DNA of 54,823 nt from Acutalibacteraceae bacterium (GTDB taxonomy: Bacteria; Bacillota; Clostridia; Oscillospirales; Acutalibacteraceae), in assembly GCA_045656125.1 (NCBI GenBank), contig JAZOQN010000091.1, forward strand, positions 1 through 54,823. The letters run 5' to 3'. Positions 9,335 through 17,489 of the stretch are shown piece after piece. The position numbers were made by a program, and so were the translations under genes. The notes beneath the pieces were generated by a model. That model had not been told where the DNA came from. It searched no databases and worked only from the letters and a program-made list of their open reading frames with translations. Numbering within the stretch: the stretch's first letter is position 1; every line of letters starts with the position of its first letter.

Positions 9335-12300
9335 TTATTCTGTTCTTAATGCAACAACGGGGTCTTTGTTAGCGGCAACGCGTGACGGAATAAGTCCTGC
9401 GATTAAGGTCAGTGCCATACTGATTGCCACTAAAATTATTGCACCGCCCAAAGGCAACGAGGCCAATCCCTTAATATCCGAGAATTTTTCAATAATTAAA
9501 CTTATTGGGATATTGAGGAGAACTGTTACTAAAATTCCCAGTAATCCTGCAACAAATCCGACTATTAAGGTTTCTGCATTAAACACGCGGGAAATATCCC
9601 TTTTGGATGCTCCGATTGAACGTAAAATACCGATTTCCTTTGTACGTTCCAAAACCGAGATATAGGTGATAATACCAATCATTATAGAGGATACCACTAA
9701 TGAAATTGAAACAAACGCAATAAGCACGTATGAAATCATATTAATGATAGTGCTGATTGAGGACATCATAATGGCAATATAGTCGGTATAAGTAATTTGG
9801 TCTGCCTCCGGTTTTTGGCTGTTATAGGTTGCAATCAGTTCGGCAATATTGTCTTTATCCTCAAAGGTGGCAGCATAAATGTTGATTGTGCTGGGGTCAT
9901 CCTTGTCGGAGTAACCGATGGTAGTAAGATTTTCGGTAAGGGAAGTTTTTGAAAATCTTAGTTCGGAGGTTACATCGTAATAACGGCTCAAAGTAACAGT
10001 ATCAGCCTGGTTTATAACTGTTTCAAGTTCTGCTGTTACAGCCGATTCGGGCATTGCTTTTAAGCGTGCTGTTTGAGTTGCGGCATATTGTCCTTTTACC
10101 ATTTCGGTTAAGGTTTGGTATACCAAATCATAAATTTGTGCATCGCTCATGGAAGAAAGCATACTGCGGACGTTTTCCTCGGCCATACCGTTGGAACTTT
10201 CGTTTGCCGACTGCCTCGTGTAAAGCATTATTATAAAGTTTTCCTGCAAATCGCGGGTCGAATATTTTGCGATTTCGGTTGCGGTTAAACTTTGCAAGGT
10301 GGCGGTGTCAGGAGTAGAGGCAATGTGTGTATAAACGCTTATTTGTTTTTGAGGTTCAAGTTTTGAGAACCAAGAAAGAAAATCATGAGCTTTGTCTTCG
10401 TCGGTTTCGGGAATGTTGGTTATGAACGGCAATCCCGAAAAAACATCCGTACCGCTATTTTGGAGTTGATATTTTACAAGTTCGGATTTGGCGGTTTCAC
10501 CAATATACCAATCGGTCAATTCTTTTGTATAAGCAACCGCACAGCCCTGCAAAACAGTGGAAACCGCGTCTGCTTTTGGTTTTACTATACCGACAACTTC
10601 CAATTCTTCAGCTGACGCCAATAACAGTTTCATATATGATTCATCAGTGCTCATATCAACAAAACGGTCGTTTATTTTGTCAGAATCGGTGTCAACACCT
10701 TGGAATTTATCGGTGGGCAAAATCAGCTTAAACTTTAGGTTCAGTAAATCCTCATAAGTCCAGGTTTCGCTAATATCAACATTTTCAACTTTTTCGCCTG
10801 CCATAATTTTACGCAAAACCGTACCCAATTGCTCGCGGTCTAAAAGACCCAAAGCATAAAGAAACGACTCTGAAATTTCATTGTGCTCATTAACAACCAA
10901 TAAAACTTCGTTTTTAGAGGTGGGCCAATGCATTGTTTCGTTGTCTAAAAGTTCATACTGTTCATAAACCAAACCGTTAATGCCGGTGCCGTCTTTTTTG
11001 GAAATCATTTCATTGAAAACTTTAATCGAACTGCTTGACATCATGGGCATCATTCCACCCATTGAATTAGAATTTTCAGAGCCTGAAATATCTTCAAAAA
11101 GAGCCATATAGTCGTTAGCTTTTAAAACACCTTTAGATGTATCTGAAACGTAAACCTCAAGGTTGGTGCTATATCCGTACTGAATGGCGGTTGTGTACTT
11201 GTCAATGTTACTTTCGTCGCTTTCAAGCCAAGCTTTAAACAACTTTAAGTTGTTTTGCTTTGCATCAGAGTTGAAAAGTGCGTTCATCATATCATACATA
11301 TCAGTGTTGGCATAAACTTTGTCGTTTTCACGGTTTTGACGGTCCTGCTCGTTTTCGGCCATAGACTTGAACAGTGCCGACATATCAGCTTCTTCTGCCA
11401 AAATTGTGATAGGATATGACGAGAGGGTGTCCTCTTGAACTTTGTCAATATAGGTTTGAAAACCTGATGACAATGATAAAATCAGAGCAATACCGATAAT
11501 TCCGATACTGCCTGCAAACGAGGTCATAAAAGTGCGTCCTTTTTTGGTTAAAAGGTTGTTTAAACTCAAAGTTAAAGCAGTGAAAAAGGACATCGAAGAG
11601 CCTTTTTGTTGCTTTTTCTTGGACTTCTTCTTTTTTTCGGTTTCGGGAGCAACTTCCTGAACAGGTTTCTCTTGTTCTGAGTCGTATGGATTGGAATCGT
11701 CAATTACTTTACCGTCAAGAATTTTAATGATACGGGTAGAATAACGCTCAGCAAGTTCGGGGTTGTGGGTAACCATTACAACCAGTCGGTCGTTTGCAAC
11801 CTCTTTTAAAAGAGCCATAATTTGCTCTGAGGTTTCAGAATCCAATGCACCTGTCGGCTCGTCTGCAAGTAAAATTTCAGGGTCGTTTATTAAAGCACGG
11901 GCAATAGCAACACGTTGCATTTGTCCGCCTGACATTTGGTTTGGCTTTTTATTTAGTTGGTCCTTTAAACCCACCTTTTCAAGTGCAGCAATTGCTTTTT
12001 TGCGGCGTTCCTGCTTTGATACGCCCGAAAGAGTCAAAGCTAACTCAACGTTTGAAAGTACGGTTTGGTGAGGAATAAGGTTATAGCTTTGGAAAACAAA
12101 ACCTATTGAATGGTTGCGATAGGTATCCCAATCGTGGTCGCGGTATTCCTTAGTTGAGCGACCGTTTATGATAAGGTCGCCATCGGTGTAGCGGTCAAGT
12201 CCGCCGATGATGTTAAGCAAAGTTGTTTTTCCGCAACCTGACTGTCCCAAAATCGAAACGAACTCAGTTTTTCGAAACTCAATGTCAACGCCCTGCAAAG

Positions 12301-12361
12301 CACGTACTGAGTCATTTTCCCCAACGCCGTAATGTTTGGTTATATTTTTAAGTTTGAGCAT
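9335..12361 (-). CDS. Fused ABC ATPase + FtsX/MacB-type permease with a very large extracytoplasmic domain
   Basis: 1008 aa. The N-terminus has Walker A GQSGCGKTT, the signature LSGGQMQR and Walker B LLADEPT. A Lys-rich linker and TM1 (about aa 278-300) follow, then about 570 aa of predicted extracellular sequence. The C-terminus is a 3-TM FtsX-type domain ending ...PSRVAANKDPVVALRTE. Confidence 0.88.
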   Translation of the reverse strand: MLKLKNITKHYGVGENDSVRALQGVDIEFRKTEFVSILGQSGCGKTTLLNIIGGLDRYTDGDLIINGRSTKEYRDHDWDTYRNHSIGFVFQSYNLIPHQTVLSNVELALTLSGVSKQERRKKAIAALEKVGLKDQLNKKPNQMSGGQMQRVAIARALINDPEILLADEPTGALDSETSEQIMALLKEVANDRLVVMVTHNPELAERYSTRIIKILDGKVIDDSNPYDSEQEKPVQEVAPETEKKKKSKKKQQKGSSMSFFTALTLSLNNLLTKKGRTFMTSFAGSIGIIGIALILSLSSGFQTYIDKVQEDTLSSYPITILAEEADMSALFKSMAENEQDRQNRENDKVYANTDMYDMMNALFNSDAKQNNLKLFKAWLESDESNIDKYTTAIQYGYSTNLEVYVSDTSKGVLKANDYMALFEDISGSENSNSMGGMMPMMSSSSIKVFNEMISKKDGTGINGLVYEQYELLDNETMHWPTSKNEVLLVVNEHNEISESFLYALGLLDREQLGTVLRKIMAGEKVENVDISETWTYEDLLNLKFKLILPTDKFQGVDTDSDKINDRFVDMSTDESYMKLLLASAEELEVVGIVKPKADAVSTVLQGCAVAYTKELTDWYIGETAKSELVKYQLQNSGTDVFSGLPFITNIPETDEDKAHDFLSWFSKLEPQKQISVYTHIASTPDTATLQSLTATEIAKYSTRDLQENFIIMLYTRQSANESSNGMAEENVRSMLSSMSDAQIYDLVYQTLTEMVKGQYAATQTARLKAMPESAVTAELETVINQADTVTLSRYYDVTSELRFSKTSLTENLTTIGYSDKDDPSTINIYAATFEDKDNIAELIATYNSQKPEADQITYTDYIAIMMSSISTIINMISYVLIAFVSISLVVSSIMIGIITYISVLERTKEIGILRSIGASKRDISRVFNAETLIVGFVAGLLGILVTVLLNIPISLIIEKFSDIKGLASLPLGGAIILVAISMALTLIAGLIPSRVAANKDPVVALRTE

Positions 12362-12452
12362 TTAAATTCTCCTTGAATTCAATATGTATATAACAGTAAA
12401 AATAATAGCATACAAATATTAACAAAGTGTTACATAATGTTAAATATTGGAA

Positions 12453-13685
12453 TTACCAAGAAATCATAAAACCTAATGCACCGGTTATTCCACCGTAGCT
12501 GTATTTTTTTATTCTTTTGGAGCCGAGTTCGGAGTTGGCAATCGAAACGCAACGCTCAATTTTGAAGATTTTTGCGGTGTCGGCAGAACCGAAAACAAAG
12601 TCCATTTCGGGCGAAACCGCGAATTCAACCATTCTCTTCCCTGAACGCCGCGCGGCACAGAGCATACTGACGACGGTAGATTCTATTTGGGATTTATCCG
12701 CTATATAAAGCGAGTTAACAATGTGATAGTTATATTCCGTTGCAGTACAGGTTGGCAAAAAGATGTTACCGCTGTCAACCGTTTCGTTTTGAGAAACGGG
12801 TTTAAAGACGGGGTCAATGGTATAACTTTTTAAAAGATATTCAGTGGTGACGTTAAAGAAAAAGTGGTACGAACTGTTGTCGGTGTCGTTGGCGGTTGGG
12901 TCAAGGTGATACCAGTTGTTTTCAATGTTGATAACATTCCACATGTGCGGTTCGGTTGAAACGCCGGTTACGGTGGCACAGTTGATTCCCAACATAAAAG
13001 CTAAAACCTGCATAGCTTTTGCATAGCCTTCACAAACAGTTTTACCGTTACAAAAAGCACCTACAATATCCCATGAAGACGGATTGTTTTTATAATTGTT
13101 GACATTTTTACTGTCATATTCAAGTTTTGTGACGAGGGTGTCGTGAGCCAAAAGTTCGCGGGCAAATTCTGTTTCTTCCCCTGAAAAATTCTGGTTAATT
13201 TTGGTTAAAGCGTCAAGTATCTTTTTTTCAAATTGTTGTCTTTCTGCTTCGGTGTAAAGCCAATCTTTATCGGTTTTTGCAAAACAAATTTCGCCCAAAA
13301 CACCTTTTGTTCTTAAAGCGTATGCTGTTGGCAACCAGAAATATTCCGGTCGGTCATTCCTTAATGCAAGGCAGGCTATTGAAATATCCATTTGGGTTGC
13401 TTTGCCTAAAGATATGTAGCCGGTTTGCATATTAAACACAGCATTATCCATTAAAATGTAAATGCCTTTTTGAGTATCGTTCAACTGATTATAACCCGAA
13501 CGCTCGAATTTTCCAATTAGTTGAAATTTCTTGCTTTCGGGATAAATATTTAACTTGGAAATTGAAAAATTTTCGTTGATTTCGGCAGGGTCTAAAACAG
13601 TTTCTTCACTGAAGATTGAAAAATCACATCCTGTAGCACTCACCAAAATCACCGCTATAAGTAATAACGATAATATTTTTTTCAA
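12453..13685 (-). CDS. Transglutaminase-like (cysteine-protease fold) lipoprotein
   Basis: 410 aa with a lipobox LVSATGC. The transglutaminase-core arrangement is present: CEGYAKAM (Cys), HMWNVI (His), HLDPT (Asp). Confidence 0.75.
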   Translation of the reverse strand: MKKILSLLLIAVILVSATGCDFSIFSEETVLDPAEINENFSISKLNIYPESKKFQLIGKFERSGYNQLNDTQKGIYILMDNAVFNMQTGYISLGKATQMDISIACLALRNDRPEYFWLPTAYALRTKGVLGEICFAKTDKDWLYTEAERQQFEKKILDALTKINQNFSGEETEFARELLAHDTLVTKLEYDSKNVNNYKNNPSSWDIVGAFCNGKTVCEGYAKAMQVLAFMLGINCATVTGVSTEPHMWNVINIENNWYHLDPTANDTDNSSYHFFFNVTTEYLLKSYTIDPVFKPVSQNETVDSGNIFLPTCTATEYNYHIVNSLYIADKSQIESTVVSMLCAARRSGKRMVEFAVSPEMDFVFGSADTAKIFKIERCVSIANSELGSKRIKKYSYGGITGALGFMISW

Positions 13686-13705
13686 AACGTTCTCCTTTAA
13701 AACAA

Positions 13706-14326
13706 TTAATAATATGCTGAATATACAGCAGGATAAGATAGGTTGTTAACAGTGTTGTTTGTTATAAATTGAAATATTTTTTCTAAATTGCCCGAAAACG
13801 TTTTGAAAGCAACCTGACGGCAGGTGCTTTCAAATAGGTTGCAGTCCAAAATCTCTACTACTTGGTTTCCGGTTAAAAGGGTTTCACTCTCTAAATTATA
13901 ATTATACACTATCCCGCCCGATATGTCAGCAATTTCTTGCAAATTTTTGGTGTCGGTATAAATATATTTTTTTGTGTTTTTGACATTTTGGTCAAGACAC
14001 TTACCGATGAACGGATAAAGACCTTCGTTTGAATTTGTTCTTTCATTAAATTCGGCATTAGTGCCGTTTATTTCTATTGAATGTGAACTCAAAATTTGAA
14101 GTTTCGGAGTTATTTGAAGGTCGCATAAAAGAGTTTTGTTGTCATCGTGAAAAATCACCGCAACCGAAACGGTTTCGGCGTTATGCTTTACGGTTGAGGA
14201 GTTGTTTTTAGGTTCGGTATTGGCGTTGTTGCCTAAATTCGACAAAAGAACACACAAAAACGCTACCAAGCAGAAAACAATAAATGCCGAGGAAAGAGAA
14301 ATTGCAAACCAAAACAGTTTTTTCAT
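13706..14326 (-). CDS. Hypothetical N-terminally membrane-anchored protein
   Basis: 206 aa with a single N-terminal TM (FWFAISLSSAFIVFCLVAFLCVLL) and an extracytoplasmic remainder with no motif I recognise. It is 20 nt upstream of the transglutaminase-like gene on the same strand. Confidence 0.55.
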   Translation of the reverse strand: MKKLFWFAISLSSAFIVFCLVAFLCVLLSNLGNNANTEPKNNSSTVKHNAETVSVAVIFHDDNKTLLCDLQITPKLQILSSHSIEINGTNAEFNERTNSNEGLYPFIGKCLDQNVKNTKKYIYTDTKNLQEIADISGGIVYNYNLESETLLTGNQVVEILDCNLFESTCRQVAFKTFSGNLEKIFQFITNNTVNNLSYPAVYSAYY

Positions 14327-14397
14327 TTTTTACCGCCTTAAACTAAGTGTTTTCAAGCATATTTTGGTCTTTTGAAGAGCGGTATATTCAAAATTTG

Positions 14398-14426
14398 TTG
14401 TATTTAATAACTGTTTGTGGTAAAAT
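14398..14426 (+). promoter_or_regulatory. Sigma-A type promoter for the VanZ-like gene
   Basis: TTGTAT (14398-14403), 17-nt spacer, TAAAAT (14421-14426) preceded by TGg (extended -10). Confidence 0.5.
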
Positions 14427-14457
14427 TTATATGTACATTACGAAAGGGGCAATATTG

Positions 14458-14985
14458 TTGAGTAAAAAAGTTTATATTGACCGTATCGTTTCGGTTGTGT
14501 TGCTGTTGACTTGGATGGTGTTTATTTTTGTGTTGTCAAATGAAAATGCAGGAACTTCAGCTAACACAAGTGGACAGATAATCAAAAAAATTGCCCAAGC
14601 GGTTGACCGCAATTTTACAACTCTTCCGCCGGCACAACAACATAGTATCATTGAAAATTGGCAATCGTTTGTCAGAACAATGGCACATTTTACGGAATAT
14701 ATTGTTTTGGGATTTTTGGCAGCTAACACGGTTCGTGCTTTTAAAATTAAAGGACGGTTAGCTTACGGACTGCCGGTGTTGTTTGGTTTAGTTTATGCTG
14801 TAAGTGATGAAATTCATCAAATTTTTATTCCGGGCAGAAGCTGTCAGTTCGGGGATATTGTTGTTGACACGTTGGGCAGCGTTATCGGAACATTTGTATT
14901 TCTTGTTTTGGCATGGATTGTTAAAACAATTGTAACTCGCAAGAAACAAAACAAAAACAAAAAACTCAATAAAATCAGAGAATAA
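14458..14985 (+). CDS. VanZ family membrane protein
   Basis: Motifs HFTEYIVLGFL and DEIHQIFIPGRSCQFGDIVVDTLG are VanZ-like. The track ORF starts at 14347, but the promoter above puts the TSS near 14432. AAAGGGG (14443-14449) precedes in-frame TTG codons at 14455 and 14458, so the start is uncertain by one codon. Confidence 0.75.
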   Translation: MSKKVYIDRIVSVVLLLTWMVFIFVLSNENAGTSANTSGQIIKKIAQAVDRNFTTLPPAQQHSIIENWQSFVRTMAHFTEYIVLGFLAANTVRAFKIKGRLAYGLPVLFGLVYAVSDEIHQIFIPGRSCQFGDIVVDTLGSVIGTFVFLVLAWIVKTIVTRKKQNKNKKLNKIRE

Positions 14986-15015
14986 AAAAAGCATCGTTTA
15001 ACGATGCTTTTTTTA
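14984..15015. terminator. Bidirectional terminator between convergent VanZ and apbE
   Basis: aaaaaaagcatcgtt-taa-acgatgcttttttt: a perfect 9-bp stem with an A-run and a T-run on either side. Confidence 0.8.
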
Positions 15016-16038
15016 TTCTTTTATTAAACCGTCAAAATCGGGACTGTAATACAAATTGTTGTTTGCATCTACCCACAAAGCCTTTGCACCGAACTTATTT
15101 AACAGTGCCTGCCCTTGTTCGCGGTTGAGCAAAAATAACGAGGTTGAAAGCACATCAGCAAGTCCGGAATCTTCGCAAACAATTGTGACAGACGTCCAAA
15201 GCTCGCTGGGGTATAATGTTGTAGGGTCGATTATATGGTGATACGATTTACCGTCAACAGTGTAAGCTCGCTGATAACTGCCGCTTGTAACCACACTGCC
15301 TGAAGTAACATTAAGCACGTGCAAATTATTTTGGCCTTTTGGGTTTTGAATGCCAACTGACCAAGCGGTGCCATTTTCATCTTTAGGTCCTGTTGCATAA
15401 ACGTTTCCGCCAACACTGATAAGCAAGCCGTTAGGTGCATTTTTACACACCTTTTGTACTGCCCACCCTTTAGCAATGGCACCGACGTCTATTTTAAGTT
15501 CAGGGTCGCTGATGAAAACAGTTGAATTTTCGCGGTCTAAAATAATGTTGTCGGGGTTTATATGCTGACCGGCATTATTTAAAGCATTAATGTCGGGTAA
15601 ATAGGCGGTTTCGGGGTCGTTGATACCGTTTTTGCGAGCATCGTGCCAAAGTTTTAAAACGCTACCCATAGCGGGGTTAAATACACCGTTTGTGGCAGTG
15701 TAATAATTCTTACAGTCTTGTAAAAGGTCTAAAATCGCGGGGTCAACCTTAATCGGTGCTTTAAAGGCTTGGTCGTTAACCGTTTTCAGGTTGTTGATAC
15801 CTTCATACTGTTTATAAATATCAAAAAATTTATGATAACACTCAAGTTTGTCGTAAATAGGTTGAACCAAGGTTTCAAAGGCTTGTTTGCTGGTTGATTT
15901 TCCGGTTATAGTTGTTACTGTGTCAAACAAATCCAAAAAAGTGGTAGAGTACAGTTTGTTGTCAGACGGTTTTAGGTCAAGACCGGAGCAACCCACAAGC
16001 AGTAATAAGCAGAGTATTAAGGAAAGTGATTTTCTCAT
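15013..16038 (-). CDS. apbE: FAD:protein FMN transferase (ApbE family) lipoprotein
   Basis: The family pattern is present (AIAKGWAV, SVGGNVYATG, SGSYQR...HHIIDPTT). Lipobox LLLLVGCSG. Start moved to the ATG at 16038 (MRKSLSL...), which has GGGGGTG 8 nt upstream; the track start at 16071 adds 11 unlikely residues. Confidence 0.85.
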   Translation of the reverse strand: MRKSLSLILCLLLLVGCSGLDLKPSDNKLYSTTFLDLFDTVTTITGKSTSKQAFETLVQPIYDKLECYHKFFDIYKQYEGINNLKTVNDQAFKAPIKVDPAILDLLQDCKNYYTATNGVFNPAMGSVLKLWHDARKNGINDPETAYLPDINALNNAGQHINPDNIILDRENSTVFISDPELKIDVGAIAKGWAVQKVCKNAPNGLLISVGGNVYATGPKDENGTAWSVGIQNPKGQNNLHVLNVTSGSVVTSGSYQRAYTVDGKSYHHIIDPTTLYPSELWTSVTIVCEDSGLADVLSTSLFLLNREQGQALLNKFGAKALWVDANNNLYYSPDFDGLIKE

Positions 16039-16161
16039 AGAACACACCCCCATCATCTTAATGTTGTACATTAGTATAATACTTTAATAATACGGAAAAT
16101 TCAAGTAAAACAAGTTGAGTTTACAGTTTATTTTGTTGGTAAGAAAATTTTTCACAGGTGG

Positions 16162-16190
16162 TTGATAAACGATAAAATATGTTGTATAAT
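16162..16190 (+). promoter_or_regulatory. Sigma-A type promoter for the ECF S-component gene
   Basis: TTGATA (16162-16167), 17 nt, TATAAT (16185-16190). The leader is only about 25 nt, so there is no room for a riboswitch. Confidence 0.6.
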
Positions 16191-16220
16191 GTCACCACAA
16201 AATTAAAGGTGGTATTGAAA

Positions 16221-16724
16221 ATGCATTCCAAAACAAAAAGAATTGTTATGACAGCGCTTATGGCTTCGTTGGTCTGCGTTGCAACTATGTTGATTAAAGT
16301 ACCGTCTCCAATGAAAGGTTATATAAATCTTGGAGATTGTACCGTATTGCTGTGCGGTTGGTTGTTTGCTCCGGGATACGGTTTTATAGCAGCCGGTCTT
16401 GGCTCTGCACTTGCGGATATATTCTCGGGTTATGTTACATATGCTCCGGCAACCTTTTTGATAAAAGGGGCAATGGCACTGGTCGCTTTTGCTTGTTTTA
16501 AGTTTATGAATAAACGCATCGGCAAACTCCCGTCACAGATTATCGGCGGAATTGTTGCAGAAATAGTAATGGTTTCGGGTTATTATGTGTTCGAAGGCTT
16601 TTTATATGGCTTCTTGCCGTCTTTGGTTAATATCCCCGCAAATGCAGTGCAAGGTGTAGCAGGCGTGATTGTCGGGGTTATTTTAATAAAGGTTTTTGAA
16701 AAGTTCAAAATCACGTTGGATTAA
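16221..16724 (+). CDS. ECF transporter S (substrate-capture) component, substrate unknown
   Basis: About 167 aa with 5-6 TM. The pattern GYINLGDC...GSALADIFSGYVTYAPATFLIKG is typical of ECF S components. Start set at the ATG at 16221, after AAAGGTGG. Confidence 0.7.
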   Translation: MHSKTKRIVMTALMASLVCVATMLIKVPSPMKGYINLGDCTVLLCGWLFAPGYGFIAAGLGSALADIFSGYVTYAPATFLIKGAMALVAFACFKFMNKRIGKLPSQIIGGIVAEIVMVSGYYVFEGFLYGFLPSLVNIPANAVQGVAGVIVGVILIKVFEKFKITLD

Positions 16725-16755
16725 TGTTGGTTTATTGAAACCGAAGATTTAATAA

Positions 16756-16796
16756 GAAAAACACCCAAGAACTCAGTTCTTGGGTGTTTTGTTTTT
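16756..16796. terminator. Terminator after the ECF S gene (A-run/T-run flanked)
   Basis: acacccaagaac-tca-gttcttgggtgt, followed by TTTTGTTTTT and preceded by AAAAA. Confidence 0.8.
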
Positions 16797-16832
16797 GTTT
16801 CGACGAAAAATTCAAATCCTGCGAGCACCCAC

Positions 16833-16874
16833 AAAAAAACACCCACGTCGCGCCAAAAGGCACATCGTGGGTGT
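16833..16874 (-). terminator. Terminator of the tRNA-His/tRNA-Gln transcript
   Basis: Stem acacccacg / cgtgggtgt directly after the tRNA-Gln 3' end. A 7-nt T-run follows on the minus strand. Confidence 0.75.
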
Positions 16875-16949
16875 TGGCTGGGGTGGCAGGATTCGAACCT
16901 ACGAATGCAGCAGTCAAAGTGCTGTGTCTTACCGCTTGACGACACCCCA
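16875..16949 (-). tRNA. tRNA-Gln (anticodon UUG), CCA encoded
   Basis: Minus-strand read TGGGGTGTCGTCAAGCGGTAAGACACAGCACTTTGACTGCTGCATTCGTAGGTTCGAATCCTGCCACCCCAGCCA. It folds as a cloverleaf with anticodon stem CAGCA/TGCTG, loop CTTTGAC, T-loop GGTTCGAATCC and acceptor TGGGGTG/CACCCCA. Confidence 0.92.
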
Positions 16950-17015
16950 ATATTCAAATTTTGTGGCTTTTGAGTGAAAAAACCCCAAATCTCAGGACTT
17001 GGAGTTTATTAAAAG

Positions 17016-17093
<78 letters not shown>

Positions 17094-17113
17094 ATATCTT
17101 TGGCACACCGACT

Positions 17114-17142
17114 ATTATATCCGCGGAGTGCCTTTTTGTCAA
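17114..17142 (-). promoter_or_regulatory. Perfect-consensus sigma-A promoter driving tRNA-His/tRNA-Gln
   Basis: On the minus strand: TTGACA (17142-17137), exactly 17 nt, TATAAT (17119-17114), about 20 nt upstream of the tRNA-His 5' end. Confidence 0.8.
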
Positions 17143-17157
17143 TAGTAAATTTTAATT

Positions 17158-17376
17158 TTAAAGTTTAAAATCCGACGGTTTATAATCTCTGCCAAAGTCT
17201 TTTAACGTGGGTACCCTCTTTAATGGGTCGTATTTAAAGTATTTGCAACTGTCGTCAGGTGAGGTAATGCCTTTTTTTAAGCAAAATATTTCTTCTCCGC
17301 CTGAAAGTGACTGACCTTTTAAACAATAAGCACACTGAGGCATAATTTCTTTTGAAAAATGCTTTTTATCCGACAT
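17158..17376 (-). CDS. Small four-cysteine (zinc-ribbon-like) hypothetical protein
   Basis: 72 aa from the ATG at 17376: MSDKKHFSKEIMPQCAYCLKGQ...FCLKKG...DSCKYFKYDP, a CxxC...C...C arrangement. The longer track ORF (to 17511) would run through the upstream terminator and overlap the CE15-like gene. Confidence 0.5.
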   Translation of the reverse strand: MSDKKHFSKEIMPQCAYCLKGQSLSGGEEIFCLKKGITSPDDSCKYFKYDPLKRVPTLKDFGRDYKPSDFKL

Positions 17377-17448
17377 ATTTTCACCGTCCCTTGAGTTGTT
17401 AATAACATTATAATACCAAAAGAAACGATAGTCAAGGAAAAGCAAACA

Positions 17449-17481
17449 AATAGACAGCCGCTTATATGCGGCTGTCTTTAA
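17449..17481 (-). terminator. Terminator after the CE15-like esterase gene
   Basis: agacagccgc-ttatat-gcggctgtct, with T-rich sequence following on the minus strand. Confidence 0.7.
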
Positions 17482-17489
17482 AAACAACT

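Noticed and set aside
14347-14457. N-terminal extensions of track ORFs: VanZ from 14347, ECF-S from 16179, small Cys protein to 17511, GT2 from 49071, lepA from 36183, zapA from 29741, apbE to 16071, yfhO to 47567, hypothetical to 36020
   Set aside because: The extensions run through predicted promoters or terminators or lack an SD, whereas a downstream in-frame start has a good SD and gives the family-typical N-terminus.
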